The notes beneath the pieces were generated by a model, which did not search any database, was not told the origin of the DNA, and saw nothing but the letters and a program-made list of their open reading frames with translations. Shown here in pieces: positions 10,502 through 20,543 of a stretch of 64,000 nucleotides of DNA; within the stretch, counting starts at the first letter, position 1, and every line of letters starts with the position of its first letter. The translations under genes and the position numbers were made by a program. The stretch lies in the NCBI GenBank assembly GCA_963726265.1, contig CAVSBQ010000002.1, forward strand, positions 1 to 64,000. The letters run 5' to 3'. Source of the DNA: Candidatus Aenigmatarchaeota archaeon. Lineage in GTDB: Archaea; Aenigmatarchaeota; Aenigmatarchaeia; QMZP01; QMZT01.

Positions 10502-11293
10502 ATGATGAACAAGAAATTGCTGTTGCTGATTTCTGTGACCGTTGTAATAGTAGCGGGAATGCTTCTCACACCATCGGATGAAAGCTACGCCATGGTGAGA
10601 TACGTCCTGAACGGCGTCGGGCTCACGCTCATTCCTTTCATCGGGGCGTGGATCGGCCTCGAGGCCGTGAAGTTTTTCAGTTTCAAGAGCGCATTCGGCA
10701 AGGCCCTGTTCTTCATATCGCTCGGCGTGATAACGTACGGCCTTGGCACTATCGTGTTCTTTTACTACAACATGTTTTTGCAGACGGAGATTCCGTATCC
10801 TTGCCTGGGGGACATAGGTTTTGCCGCCACCGTAATCCTGGCGAACTACGGCATGTTCCTGCTGCTGAAAGGCATCAAGATGAAATTCGATGCCATTACG
10901 GTCGCCAAGCTGCTAATATTGCCGATAATCATTTTCGCGATAGTCTTTCCGGTTTTCATTTATGAAAAAGCCGTGGAGGAAGCGCCCCTCCTGACCAAGT
11001 TTTTCAACGTCTATTATGTTGTTGGCGATGCAGTATTCCTGTCCTTTGCCCTGCTCATACTCAGCCTTTCATATGGCAGCATCCTTTTCAGGTCGGTCAG
11101 CGTGCTCAGCGCGGGCTTCATCCTGGAGGCCCTGGCTGACTTCTCGTTCTCGTACACCGCCAGCGCGGGGATTTATTACACCAGCTGCTGGGTCGACGTG
11201 CTCTACTGCCTGGCGTTCTTCGTCATAGGATACGGCATGTATTTCTTCCTGTCCCGCAACAGGGCAGCAGCCGCGCCGGAAAAAGCAAAATAG
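10502..11293 (+). CDS. Polytopic membrane protein
   Basis: About 8 hydrophobic helices; no family recognised with confidence. Confidence 0.75.
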   Translation: MMNKKLLLLISVTVVIVAGMLLTPSDESYAMVRYVLNGVGLTLIPFIGAWIGLEAVKFFSFKSAFGKALFFISLGVITYGLGTIVFFYYNMFLQTEIPYPCLGDIGFAATVILANYGMFLLLKGIKMKFDAITVAKLLILPIIIFAIVFPVFIYEKAVEEAPLLTKFFNVYYVVGDAVFLSFALLILSLSYGSILFRSVSVLSAGFILEALADFSFSYTASAGIYYTSCWVDVLYCLAFFVIGYGMYFFLSRNRAAAAPEKAK

Positions 11294-11355
11294 CTCCACC
11301 TGTTTCCGGGACGAATTTCTGGAATTAGAGAAATTTCGGAATGAAAAAAAGGGAA

Positions 11356-11593
11356 CGCCGGGAACAGGATTCGAACCTGTGTGGGCTTGCGCAAGCGCAA
11401 GCATCCGCATGACGCACGCTTCGCGCGCGTCGGTCTGCTTAAGCCTTTTTCGCCCACCGGATCTCCCGAAGGATTGCTGGGGTTGCTCCTCATGTTCCGC
11501 CGATCAGAGTCAAGCCATGAAGTCATCGCGCCACAAGGGCGCTCGTAAGATCCAGTTCTCAAGTCCGGCGCGTTACCGCTCCGCCATCCCGGC
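11356..11593 (-). tRNA. tRNA-Ser(UGA) with a 95-nt 37/38 intron (11463-11557) and a ~60-nt insertion in the variable arm
   Basis: Acceptor GCCGGGA/TCCCGGC with G73, anticodon stem CCGGA/TCCGG, TGA anticodon at 11559-11561, T arm ACAGG-TTCGAAT-CCTGT, variable arm GGGC/GCCC. Confidence 0.9.
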
Positions 11594-11657
11594 GTAATTC
11601 TAATTAATGTCTGTTCTGTTTAAATATATGCTTTCGCCGCCTGCCGGCTTTAAGAAA

Positions 11658-11861
11658 TCAGAGCTTCAGCTCGTGCTTGAAATCGCTTTCCTCCGCCTTG
11701 TTCAGCTGCCATGCCTCTTCCAATATCATGTTGGGTATGGTTTCGTCGAAAATCGGGAAGGCTAACCCGCACTTCCTGCACAGGAGAAACATTCCCTTCT
11801 CGTGTATCCCGCCCCTGCACCTCGGGCATGCCATGACGTCGAGGAGTCTTTTGTCTATCAT
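11658..11861 (-). CDS. Trm112-like protein
   Basis: LLDVMACPRC...LLCRKCGLAFPIFDETIPNM. Confidence 0.85.
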   Translation of the reverse strand: MIDKRLLDVMACPRCRGGIHEKGMFLLCRKCGLAFPIFDETIPNMILEEAWQLNKAEESDFKHELKL

Positions 11862-11940
11862 ATTGCTTAAATTTTAGAATCAGGTTTTAAATTCATTTCC
11901 GATGTTTAAACACCCGGGTTGAAGCAAAATTCAGGGTCGT

Positions 11941-12228
11941 CTATATGCCCGCGTTTTTCTCCAGCGCTGCCTTCGCCTGCTTCTTGTCCTTCTTTATCTC
12001 GTCCTTCAGCTTCGGCAGCTTCAGGACGAAGCCGCACTTGCCGCATTTGAACGAGAATGGCCGCATCCATGCCGTTTCAATGCGTCCTGAAAGGCCGCAT
12101 TCCGGGCAGACGTAATCGACCTGCGCGGTTTCCGTTCCAGTCGGGACCAGGACGCGCATCCTGCCTTTCTCCTCGCCATTCGAGTTCTTCAGTACCCTGT
12201 TGCTCACGAAGCTGTATTTCCTTTCCAT
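11941..12228 (-). CDS. Zn-ribbon hypothetical protein
   Basis: CPEC and CGKC pairs in a 95 aa protein. Confidence 0.7.
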   Translation of the reverse strand: MERKYSFVSNRVLKNSNGEEKGRMRVLVPTGTETAQVDYVCPECGLSGRIETAWMRPFSFKCGKCGFVLKLPKLKDEIKKDKKQAKAALEKNAGI

Positions 12229-12284
12229 GAAATCACTGTTGAATATTATTTATCCCGGCGCCCATTTAAAAATTACCATGGCGT

Positions 12285-13196
12285 TCAGCGCACGAGCACC
12301 CCCGCTATAAAGGCGAGCATCGCGACGAGCATCCCGATTTTCAGGCGCCTGCTTATCCTGGCGTAGCCCTTCTTCCTTTTCACTTCCCTGCTCAGCGAGT
12401 AGATGCATGAGACGAAGAACGCGTCCGCGACGGCGACGACGGCCAGGTAGCCGAGCCCGAGGATGCCGTAGTAATACGGCAGCACGGAAAAGACGACCGC
12501 GAGCATGAGCGATGCGACGGCGACGATTATCATGCTCCTCTCCGCGTATTTCATCCTGACGCCTCCGGTAGTCAGGCTGAACCTCTCCGCGACGGGAGCC
12601 GACGCCTTCGAAACCTTCGAGGTGAGCTTTTTCAGGAAGCTCTTCTTGTCGCCTTCCATGTCTTCCATGTCCTTGACTATCTCCCTCGCGACGTTCGCCA
12701 GCATCGCCAGCGCGGTAAGCATGAGCGCGAGCTCGACCTTCAGGAACACGGCCCCGCCGAAAAGGAAGACTGAGCCGACCATGTAGGCGACGACGAGGTT
12801 GCCTACCAGGACCTTGTGCTGCAGCGAGAACGAGTAGAGCACGAGCAGCGCCGAGTTTATGAGCGCGAGCGTGAGGCACAGGCCGTTGAGCATGAAGGCG
12901 CACGCGTTGCCCAGGGCGAAAAGCGCGAGTGCGAATGCGAGCGCAGAGTTACTCGAAACCCTGCCCGACGGTATGGACCTGTCCGGCCTGTTGACCTTGT
13001 CCGCCTCCACGTCGAGATAGTCGTTTATCACGTTCCCGGCCGCGGTTATCGCGAAGACCGCAATAACCGCCAAAAGAGCCGGCAGCGAGAAAAGATCCTG
13101 GAAAGAAAGCCCTACGGCCACCAGCATGCCTATGAACGCGCCGAGAGCCGCCATCGCGCAGTTCAGCGGCCTCGTCATCCCAAGCAGGTCGAGCAT
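12285..13196 (-). CDS. Digeranylgeranylglyceryl phosphate synthase (UbiA family)
   Basis: RPLN, NDYLDVEADKVNRPDRSIPSG and REIVKDMEDMEGD motifs. Confidence 0.9.
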   Translation of the reverse strand: MLDLLGMTRPLNCAMAALGAFIGMLVAVGLSFQDLFSLPALLAVIAVFAITAAGNVINDYLDVEADKVNRPDRSIPSGRVSSNSALAFALALFALGNACAFMLNGLCLTLALINSALLVLYSFSLQHKVLVGNLVVAYMVGSVFLFGGAVFLKVELALMLTALAMLANVAREIVKDMEDMEGDKKSFLKKLTSKVSKASAPVAERFSLTTGGVRMKYAERSMIIVAVASLMLAVVFSVLPYYYGILGLGYLAVVAVADAFFVSCIYSLSREVKRKKGYARISRRLKIGMLVAMLAFIAGVLVR

Positions 13197-13257
13197 AGTA
13201 TAAACTTTGACGTGGGGGGTTATAAAAATATTGAAAAAGAGTCTGGTTTGTTTTTCT

Positions 13258-13437
13258 TTAAACAGTCTTGCGCTCTTTCTTGATGGCCCTGAGCTCCTTG
13301 TGCCTGCATTTCCTGCACTTGACCTTTCCCGTCTTCACCTTTACCGCGTCGGCCCTGAGCCTCGCGCCGCAGCGCATGCAGATGTAGACGCGCGTGAAAA
13401 GCCTCGCCTCGGCCTCCGGGAATTTCAGCTTCGTCAT
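13258..13437 (-). CDS. rpl40e: 50S ribosomal protein L40e (absent from the ORF track)
   Basis: Manual translation: [59 protein letters not shown]. Confidence 0.9.
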   Translation of the reverse strand: MTKLKFPEAEARLFTRVYICMRCGARLRADAVKVKTGKVKCRKCRHKELRAIKKERKTV

Positions 13438-13588
13438 GAGAACACCGCAATCATATCAATAGTCAATATAATAAGCATATACTTGCCCGGCATATTTAAA
13501 TGTTTGCGGTTTTCCGTTTTTACTCCAAGAAATTCCTCTTCACCGCCGCTTTAAAAATTCAGGGCTGCTGTCTTCCGGCCTCTTCAGT

Positions 13589-13837
13589 CTAGTCAGTTTC
13601 AATATACGTGTAGACATTTCCGATTTTACGCGTATTTTCGTCCTGTATATGTATCGCCACTTCGAACGGTCCGCCGAATGTTGTTTCACTGCATTCATTT
13701 TTCAGTTCGGTCAGTTTATTTCTAACAAATTTGTCAAGGTCCTCGCGGGACAACCCGTCGGGTATCTCGATATCCTCTCTGTAAGACCTATACTTCGGCG
13801 CCCTGCCAGTGTAATACAGGATCCTAGTTTTTAGCAT
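13589..13837 (-). CDS. Hypothetical protein (AT-rich)
   Basis: 82 aa ORF with GGGA upstream. Confidence 0.55.
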   Translation of the reverse strand: MLKTRILYYTGRAPKYRSYREDIEIPDGLSREDLDKFVRNKLTELKNECSETTFGGPFEVAIHIQDENTRKIGNVYTYIETD

Positions 13838-13936
13838 ATTAATCCCTTATAAGTAATTACTTTTTCGCTTTAAAAAGACACGTATTTTATCTTTTATTCC
13901 AGAACGCCTTTCAAAGCTTCCTTCATGCCCGATGGT

Positions 13937-15467
13937 TTAAAGAAGCTCGGCATGCTGCGGTCTGTAGAACGCGATGTGCCTTTCCCAGGCCTTGCGCTTT
14001 TCCGGGTAATCTTCCCTGTAATGCGCCCCCCGCGACTCCTGCCTCGTGAACGCGGCGCGCACTATGAGCTTCGAGACGAGCAGCATGTTCCTTATCTCTA
14101 TGACGTCCGCGTTTATCCCGTTTAAAGCGATTCTTCTCAGCTCCCTCTGCAGCCCGCTTATTTTCTCCAGCGCTGCTTTCAGGCCGTCCCCGTTCCTCAC
14201 GATGCCCGCGTCCTGCCACATGATGCCCTTCAGCGCGGTCCTGATTTCGAGCGGCCTCGCCTTCGAAATTTTCAGCTGGTCCGTGTTTACGAAATCGATG
14301 TCCATGCCTATCGCATACGCTCTCGCCGAATCCGCCGAGCGCGAGGAGAACACGAGCGACTCAAGAAGCGAATTGGATGGCAGCCTGTTCGCGCCGTGAA
14401 CCTCGGTGCACGCGGCCTCGCCGAATGCGAAGAGACCAGGGATGTTCGTCTTGCCGTCGGTGTCGGTCTTCAGCCCGCCGCACGCGTAATGCGCGACCGG
14501 CTCGACCGGAATCATGGCCTTCGCGATGTCTATGCCGTTCTCCAGGCATTCCTTGTAGATGGCGGGGAACCTGGCCTTAAGGAAGGCGCTTCCTTTTTTG
14601 CGTATGTCGAGATATACGCTCCCTTTATTCAGCTCGCTGAAAATCGCCCTGGCCACCTCGTCCCTGTTCGCCAGCTCTTTGACAAAGCGTTTCCCGTTCG
14701 CGTCCTTCAGCTTCGCTCCCTCGCCGCGCAGCGACTCGGATATCAGGAAGAACGGCTTCCCTTTCCTTCTCATCGCCGTCGGGTGGAACTGGACGAACTC
14801 CATGTCCTCGACCTCGCAGCCGGCGCGGAAGCCCATAGCGACACCGTCGCCGGTCGCGATTTCCGGGTTCGACGTGTTTTCGTAGACCCCGCACAGCCCG
14901 CCAGTCGCGACAGCGACGGCTTTCGCAAAAAAATCCTCGACCTTCGAATTCCCGATATCGAACACCCGCGCCCCTATGCACTTCCCTTTTTTCAAGTATC
15001 AACTCAAAAGCGAGATGCTTCTCAAAAATGCGTATTCCGTTGTCTTTCGCGGCGGCTATCATCGCTTTCTCTATTTCCGCGCCCGTCATGTCGCCGCGGT
15101 GGACTATGCGCTTTCTCGAATGGCCGCCTTCCATGCCTAACTCGAAACCGCCCGCCTTCGAATCCCGGTCGAACCTCGCTCCCGTCGACATGAGCCTCTC
15201 GATTTCTTCCGGCGCCTGCTTCACCATGAGTTCCACGGCTTCCCTATCGCACAGGCCATCCCCCGCTTCAAGCGTGTCCTTCACGTGCAAGGCGAAGCTG
15301 TCCTTCTTTGAGAAAACGGCGGCGATCCCGCCCTGCGCGAAGTTCGTGTTCGATTCAAGCGCGTCCTTCTTGGTCACTAGGCAGACGCTCCCGAACTCCC
15401 TCGCCCGAAGCGCGAAGTTGAGGCCCGCAATCCCAGAACCAATCACCAGAAAATCGGACTTTATCAT
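13937..15467 (-). CDS. nadB: L-aspartate oxidase, frameshift near 14995
   Basis: GSGIAG, AQGGIAA, EGGHS, QFHPT, ISESLRGEG, HGANRL.SNSLLE and ESRGAHYR. Confidence 0.95.
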
Positions 15468-15519
15468 TACGATTTATTTGCAATAACTGAATTTAAATCT
15501 TCACTGTAATTATATTATT

Positions 15520-16535
15520 ATGAAAAAACCAACCATCTGCTATTCTCTTTCCATTCTTGCCATTTTTGTTTTTTCGTCCATTATCCTCGCGGCCGGCGCG
15601 GGGGCGGCCAAGAGCCAAATGACAACAAACCCCTACAGCATAGGCATAAGTGGAGCGTTATACTGCGATACTGGCTGCGGAGGCACATGCTCTTCATATT
15701 GCATAAGAACGAACTGTCCTCACGTAGTTGTTACCGGATGTCCTTCCTGCAATGCATATTGCACCAGAACCTGCAACAAGGCCACGTGCGGCGCTGAATG
15801 TCGATACGATAGCGACTGCACTGCTGATTATTGCGCAGGCACATGCGGAACGGGCACGAACAGCTGCATTTGGAGGGATTATTTCTGCGACACCTCAGCA
15901 TGCACGAAATGCTCGTGCACATATACGGCCTACGACGCGGATGCTTCATCGTCATACTGCACCGGTTGCAAGGGTTCGGGTTACTGGGCTCTTGGCGGCG
16001 AGGGGTCCGGGAACTGCTGCGGTGATGACAGCAACGAATACGTGATTACGGAAAAGAGCAGCGCAGACGCGCCAGCAGGTTATAACGATGGCGGAAAAAC
16101 ATGCTGTGATACGAGCAGCTGACTGCGCTTATACAGCATATGGTTATGCTGACATATGCAATGCATATGGAAGCGTGTCCGACCCCGCTATTCCCAATAA
16201 GGCATATTGCGGCTCGGGCAACACATGGTACGGCGGCGATTCCGGCTCAGGCACATGCACAGCAATAGCCGGCGCAGGCAGATGGAACATCGGCGGTGAA
16301 GTTGACTGCCACAACCTGCTGCGGAGACGATAATGGCGAGTACTACAGGTATTGCCAGGCCGCGGCCGGCTTCCCTGACGCTAGAAGCTGCACCAGCGCG
16401 CATAACGCGTGCTGCGACTCGGCGACGGACTGCGTGGCGACGGACGGGACGACGTGCGTGGCCAGCGGCACGTATATGGACGCCGACTGGGACGGGGACG
16501 ACGACTACTGCGACTCAGGAATATGGTATGACTGA
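15520..16535 (+). CDS. Secreted Cys-rich repeat protein, frameshifted
   Basis: Signal-like N-terminus; 'W..GGE....CCGDD..EY' and 'CCD...DC' units recur across three frames. Confidence 0.7.
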
Positions 16536-16554
16536 ATCCTGAGAAAAAAATAAA

Positions 16555-17457
16555 TTATCTGAGCTTCATCATCCTGTTCAGAGCCTTTCTCGCTTTCTTC
16601 GCTACGTCGTCGGGGACGTGACCTCGTTAGTCTCGTATTTCAGGCAATCGTAGACCTTTTCCAGCGTGATCATCTTCATGTTCTCGCACGTGCCGCCGGC
16701 GGGGTAGAATTGCTTCCCCGGGACTTCGCGGTCCAGGCGGTGGCACATGCCCTCTTCTGTCGCGACTATGAACTCCTTCGCCTCCGACGCCTTCGCGTAT
16801 TTTATCATGCCGCCCGTGCCGCAGACGCAGTCCGCCAGCTTCAGCACTTCCGCAGGGCATTCCGGGTGGGCGAGGACCTTCGCGCCCGGCCTTTCCATCT
16901 TCATGAACTTTACCAGGTCGGAAACTATGAAGTCGTGCACGTAGCAGAAGCCGTGCCACGGGATTATCTTCTTGTCCGTTTTCGTCTGCGCGTAGGCGGC
17001 CAGGTTCTTGTCAGGCACGAAGATTATCTCCTTCTTCTTGATGCTCCTGATGGCCTTCTCGAAATTCGCGGAGGTACAGCATATGTCGCTTTCCGCCTTC
17101 GTCGCGGCGCTGGTGTTGATGTAGGTTACGGCCGCGGCCTTGGGGAATTCCTCCTTCTTGGCCTTCAGCGACGTCGCCGTCAGCCATCGCCGCCATGGGG
17201 CATTTCGCCTCCATGTCGGGGAGCAGGACCTTCTTCTTCGGGTTCAGTATCTTCGCCGACTCGGCCATGAAGTCCACGCCGCAGAACACGATTATTTTCG
17301 CCCTCGTCTCCTTCGCGCGGAGGGCGAGTTCGAACGAGTCGCCTATGTAATCCGCCACGTCGTAAATCTCAGGCCTCTGGTAGTTGTGGCATAGGATAAC
17401 CGCCTTCTTCTCCTTCTTCAGCGCGATAATCTCGCGGACCAGCTCCTTTTTGTCCAT
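16555..17457 (-). CDS. nadA: Quinolinate synthase, frameshifts near 17170 and 16620
   Basis: [32 protein letters not shown] and CENMK; C-terminus [13 protein letters not shown] in a shifted frame. Confidence 0.95.
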
Positions 17458-17508
17458 AAACAACTTTATTGGCGGACTGCTTAAAAATAAATCTTTAACC
17501 GTCATAGA

Positions 17509-17997
17509 ATGCGCATGGAAAGGCAAAACAGAAGGTTTGAGATGGAAAGGGACGGCAACGTCTTCATATCGAGCAGCGGCCATGTCCCGTTCGATATCCA
17601 GCTTGACAAACTTTCCCCCATACCGTGTTACAGGGGCGGGAGAAACTACTACGACATCACAATACGCGATCATGGCGCCATTTACATGGCCTATTTTCAT
17701 GTCGATATACCCTCGAAATTTTGCAGCAAATCTTACCACGCTTACCTTTCATTGCTTGGCCAGGAAAAGCATGGCACCAAAGCTTATTTCGAATATCTCA
17801 AATGGATTTTGAAGTTCCAAGAAGAAAACGAGCCATGGGACCTCGTGCCAGAAACGGAAGAGAATGTCTTCACAAAAATCACTAAATTTTACAATGAGCT
17901 CTTTACTGCTTCCGCACTCCGGCCTGTCCAGCTTTCAGCGTCCCCGACACGCGCACTGTATGGAAAATCACCCTGGCGTCTCCAATCTGATGAATGA
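17509..17997 (+). CDS. Hypothetical protein; 3' end overlaps the convergent Pop5 gene
   Basis: 162 aa open frame filling the nadA-Pop5 gap; true 3' end uncertain. Confidence 0.45.
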   Translation: MRMERQNRRFEMERDGNVFISSSGHVPFDIQLDKLSPIPCYRGGRNYYDITIRDHGAIYMAYFHVDIPSKFCSKSYHAYLSLLGQEKHGTKAYFEYLKWILKFQEENEPWDLVPETEENVFTKITKFYNELFTASALRPVQLSASPTRALYGKSPWRLQSDE

Positions 17998-18244
17998 GGG
18001 CTAGGCCCATTTTCACGTCGTCAACGTACCTGTGCGTGCACTGGATCACGCCTTCATTCGCGTTCCAGAGGTTGCGGATGACCCACGGCTTGGCCTTCGC
18101 GAAGCCCGAGTTGCCCATCCATGTGAGAAGCGCGTCGTTTATCGCGTTCCTCGCCTCGGAAAAGTCGAGCCTCCTGCTCGACCTCACCCTGAAAAAGACG
18201 TAGCGCTGCCTTTCCGTCTGGCTGGGCAGGGTTTTAAGCTTCAT
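17903..18244 (-). CDS. rnp2: RNase P protein component 2 (Pop5/Rpp14)
   Basis: LKTLPSQTERQRYVFF ... VRVSGTLK. Confidence 0.9.
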   Translation of the reverse strand: MKLKTLPSQTERQRYVFFRVRSSRRLDFSEARNAINDALLTWMGNSGFAKAKPWVIRNLWNANEGVIQCTHRYVDDVKMGLALIHQIGDARVIFHTVRVSGTLKAGQAGVRKQ

Positions 18245-18415
18245 GCTTGATTATTTCCTCTCGCTTATATTTATATTGAAATTATTATATTAGAGCGGAG
18301 TTTTTCCTACCGTCAAGTATAAAAAACTTATCTACATATAAAAACTAAGTAATCACTGACAAGGTATTAAAAATAAATAATATCTTTTTACCCGTTAAGA
18401 TTTCCGAGGAAAAGC

Positions 18416-18820
18416 ATGTCCGCAGACGAGCCCGTAAATCTGGATTCTATTGAAATCAACCTTACTGCGAGCATGGTCTGCGCGAACCTGAACCGCCTCT
18501 GCATCCTTTATCTTCTGAGGAAATGCGACAACAATGCGATGCAGGCGGAGAAAATCGCTTCCACGTTAGGCATCTCGCACAGGACGGTCCTCTACCACCT
18601 CGACATCCTGAAGGACTACGGATTAGTCGAAGTGCGCGAGTTCAGGAAAAAGGGTGCGAAGCTCCTGCGCTCGGTCTGGGGCCTCAGCGGGGAGAACGAC
18701 GACGACGTCGAGAAGGTCTTCGGCAGGATCTACAGGAAGTTCGAGACGGACGCGCTGGACAAGATGGTGAGGTTCAGCCAGAACGGCATGGCCTCGTGCT
18801 CGAGGAAGAAGCTGAACTGA
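18416..18820 (+). CDS. ArsR-like winged-helix regulator
   Basis: RLCILYLL..AEKIASTLGISHRTVLYHLDILKDYGLVE. Confidence 0.85.
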   Translation: MSADEPVNLDSIEINLTASMVCANLNRLCILYLLRKCDNNAMQAEKIASTLGISHRTVLYHLDILKDYGLVEVREFRKKGAKLLRSVWGLSGENDDDVEKVFGRIYRKFETDALDKMVRFSQNGMASCSRKKLN

Positions 18821-18904
18821 CATAACCATCTTTTTTGAAAACATGAGCAAGGCAAAGCTCCAGAACATCGCTGATTATGGTCAAAACCATCCGTTTTTAA
18901 GGTT

Positions 18905-18952
18905 TTTATACCGGGAATTGACATAATTTTATTTATACCGGGATTCCCGGTA
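18905..18952. promoter_or_regulatory. Putative AbiEi operator
   Basis: TTTATACCGGGA direct repeat (18905, 18932) and palindrome TACCGGGA-T-TCCCGGTA (18936-18952) upstream of abiEi. Confidence 0.55.
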
Positions 18953-19032
18953 AAAACGAAGTGTTATATGATAACTTTATATACTTTATAATTTATATTA
19001 TAAAATCATAAAAATGTGATTTTGTGATATGT

Positions 19033-19665
19033 ATGAAAAAGGATATCATACTTAAAAAATTGTACCTCGATGGCAAAGATTTCGTCACTTCAGGCGATAT
19101 CAAGGAATATTGCGCTTCCCTGGAACTGAAATATGATTCCACGTTCAGATATTTGCTTTCGAGAAAATATCTAATAAGAATTTTCAAGGGCGTATTCTAC
19201 CTGAAAACGCTCGACGAGACAAAGTTCGGAAGAAACAAATACAGCCCTCTTGAACTGGTTGCAAAGGGCCTTGAGATGAAAGGCGTGAAAAAATGGTATT
19301 TCGGCCTTTATAGCGCTCTAAAAATGAACAACATGACTCATGAAAATTTCACAGTGGATTACGTAATGAATGACAAGATATTCAGGGCGAAACCCATGGA
19401 AATAGCGGACTCTAAATTCAGATTCCTGAAGATCAGGGACAACCTGCTCGATTTCGGGATTATAGGCGATAAAATAAGGCATTCCGACCCAGAAAAAACA
19501 ATTCTCGATTTCATCTACATCTGGCGTTATAACGGAATACCGGAAGATAAAATAATAATGGACATATCGGAATATTCAAAGAACGCCTCGCGAAAAAAGC
19601 TTGCAGATTACGCGAAAAAATACCCCAAATCGGTAAGAATGATTACGGATAAAGTGGTTGGATGA
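19033..19665 (+). CDS. AbiEi-like type IV antitoxin
   Basis: YLIRIFKGVFY, WYFGLYSAL and SDPEKTILD; overlaps the toxin start (ATGA). Confidence 0.8.
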   Translation: MKKDIILKKLYLDGKDFVTSGDIKEYCASLELKYDSTFRYLLSRKYLIRIFKGVFYLKTLDETKFGRNKYSPLELVAKGLEMKGVKKWYFGLYSALKMNNMTHENFTVDYVMNDKIFRAKPMEIADSKFRFLKIRDNLLDFGIIGDKIRHSDPEKTILDFIYIWRYNGIPEDKIIMDISEYSKNASRKKLADYAKKYPKSVRMITDKVVG

Positions 19666-20543
19666 GAAAGGATTTCGTGAACGAGGTCGCAAAAAAACTG
19701 AAAATAAAAAGAAAAGACCTCGTGGAGAAGGATTTTATCCTGCACCAGCTTCTTTCGAGCCTTTCAGAGGACAAATTCTTCCGTGAAAACTTCCTGTTCA
19801 AAGGGGGCACGTGCCTTATCAAATGCTATTTGGGATATTTCAGGTTCTCTGAAGACATGGATTTCACCTGGAAAAAACAAGAGGCGTTTAAGGGGAGGTC
19901 ACAGAAGGCAATAAGGCGCCACCTCTCGGAAATCATAAACGCCGTGGGAAAATTGCTTGAAAAAGCGGCAAAGGAGAACGGCCTTGATTTCCGGTGCGAC
20001 AAGAAAGACAGGCATTACGTTGAGCTTGGCGGAGGAAACAAAATCGTCACCTTCAAGATGTGGTACGCTTCCGGATTCCTGAACCGCGAATCCTTCGTGA
20101 AAATCCAGATAAATTTCCTCGAAAACCTGCATTTCCCAGGCGTTAAAAAACCCGCAAAGAGCTTATTGGAAGCAGGCAAACAAACCGATGAAATCCGGTT
20201 GCTCTTTCCGGATGAGTTCAAACAATATTCAAAAAGAGTAGCATTCGATATTTACGATATCAGGGAAATACTGTGCGAAAAAATAAGGGCCATGCTCACC
20301 AGAAAAGGAACGAAAGCGAGGGATTTCGTCGACGTATACCTGATTTCCAAAAAATTCGGCATCAGACCAGAAAGCCTCGAAAAGGTAATCGAGGAAAAGA
20401 TCACGTTCATGATGAAGCTCTATTCGAAATATAAAAACAACATCAGCGAAAAGAGACGCCTGCTGGAAACACTGCAGGAAACCCGAACGTTGTCTATGAG
20501 ACTGATTACGTTGACACCACGAAGCCCCACACGGAGAAGGTAG
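19662..20543 (+). CDS. AbiEii-like nucleotidyltransferase toxin; 3' end probably replaced at about 20465
   Basis: VEKD, LFKGGTCL, RFSEDMDF, EKIRA and RDFVD. Confidence 0.88.
   Translation: MRKDFVNEVAKKLKIKRKDLVEKDFILHQLLSSLSEDKFFRENFLFKGGTCLIKCYLGYFRFSEDMDFTWKKQEAFKGRSQKAIRRHLSEIINAVGKLLEKAAKENGLDFRCDKKDRHYVELGGGNKIVTFKMWYASGFLNRESFVKIQINFLENLHFPGVKKPAKSLLEAGKQTDEIRLLFPDEFKQYSKRVAFDIYDIREILCEKIRAMLTRKGTKARDFVDVYLISKKFGIRPESLEKVIEEKITFMMKLYSKYKNNISEKRRLLETLQETRTLSMRLITLTPRSPTRRR

Noticed and set aside
13540..13588. Possible displaced nadB tail after the orphan gene
   Set aside because: Only weak gapped similarity and no aligned stop.
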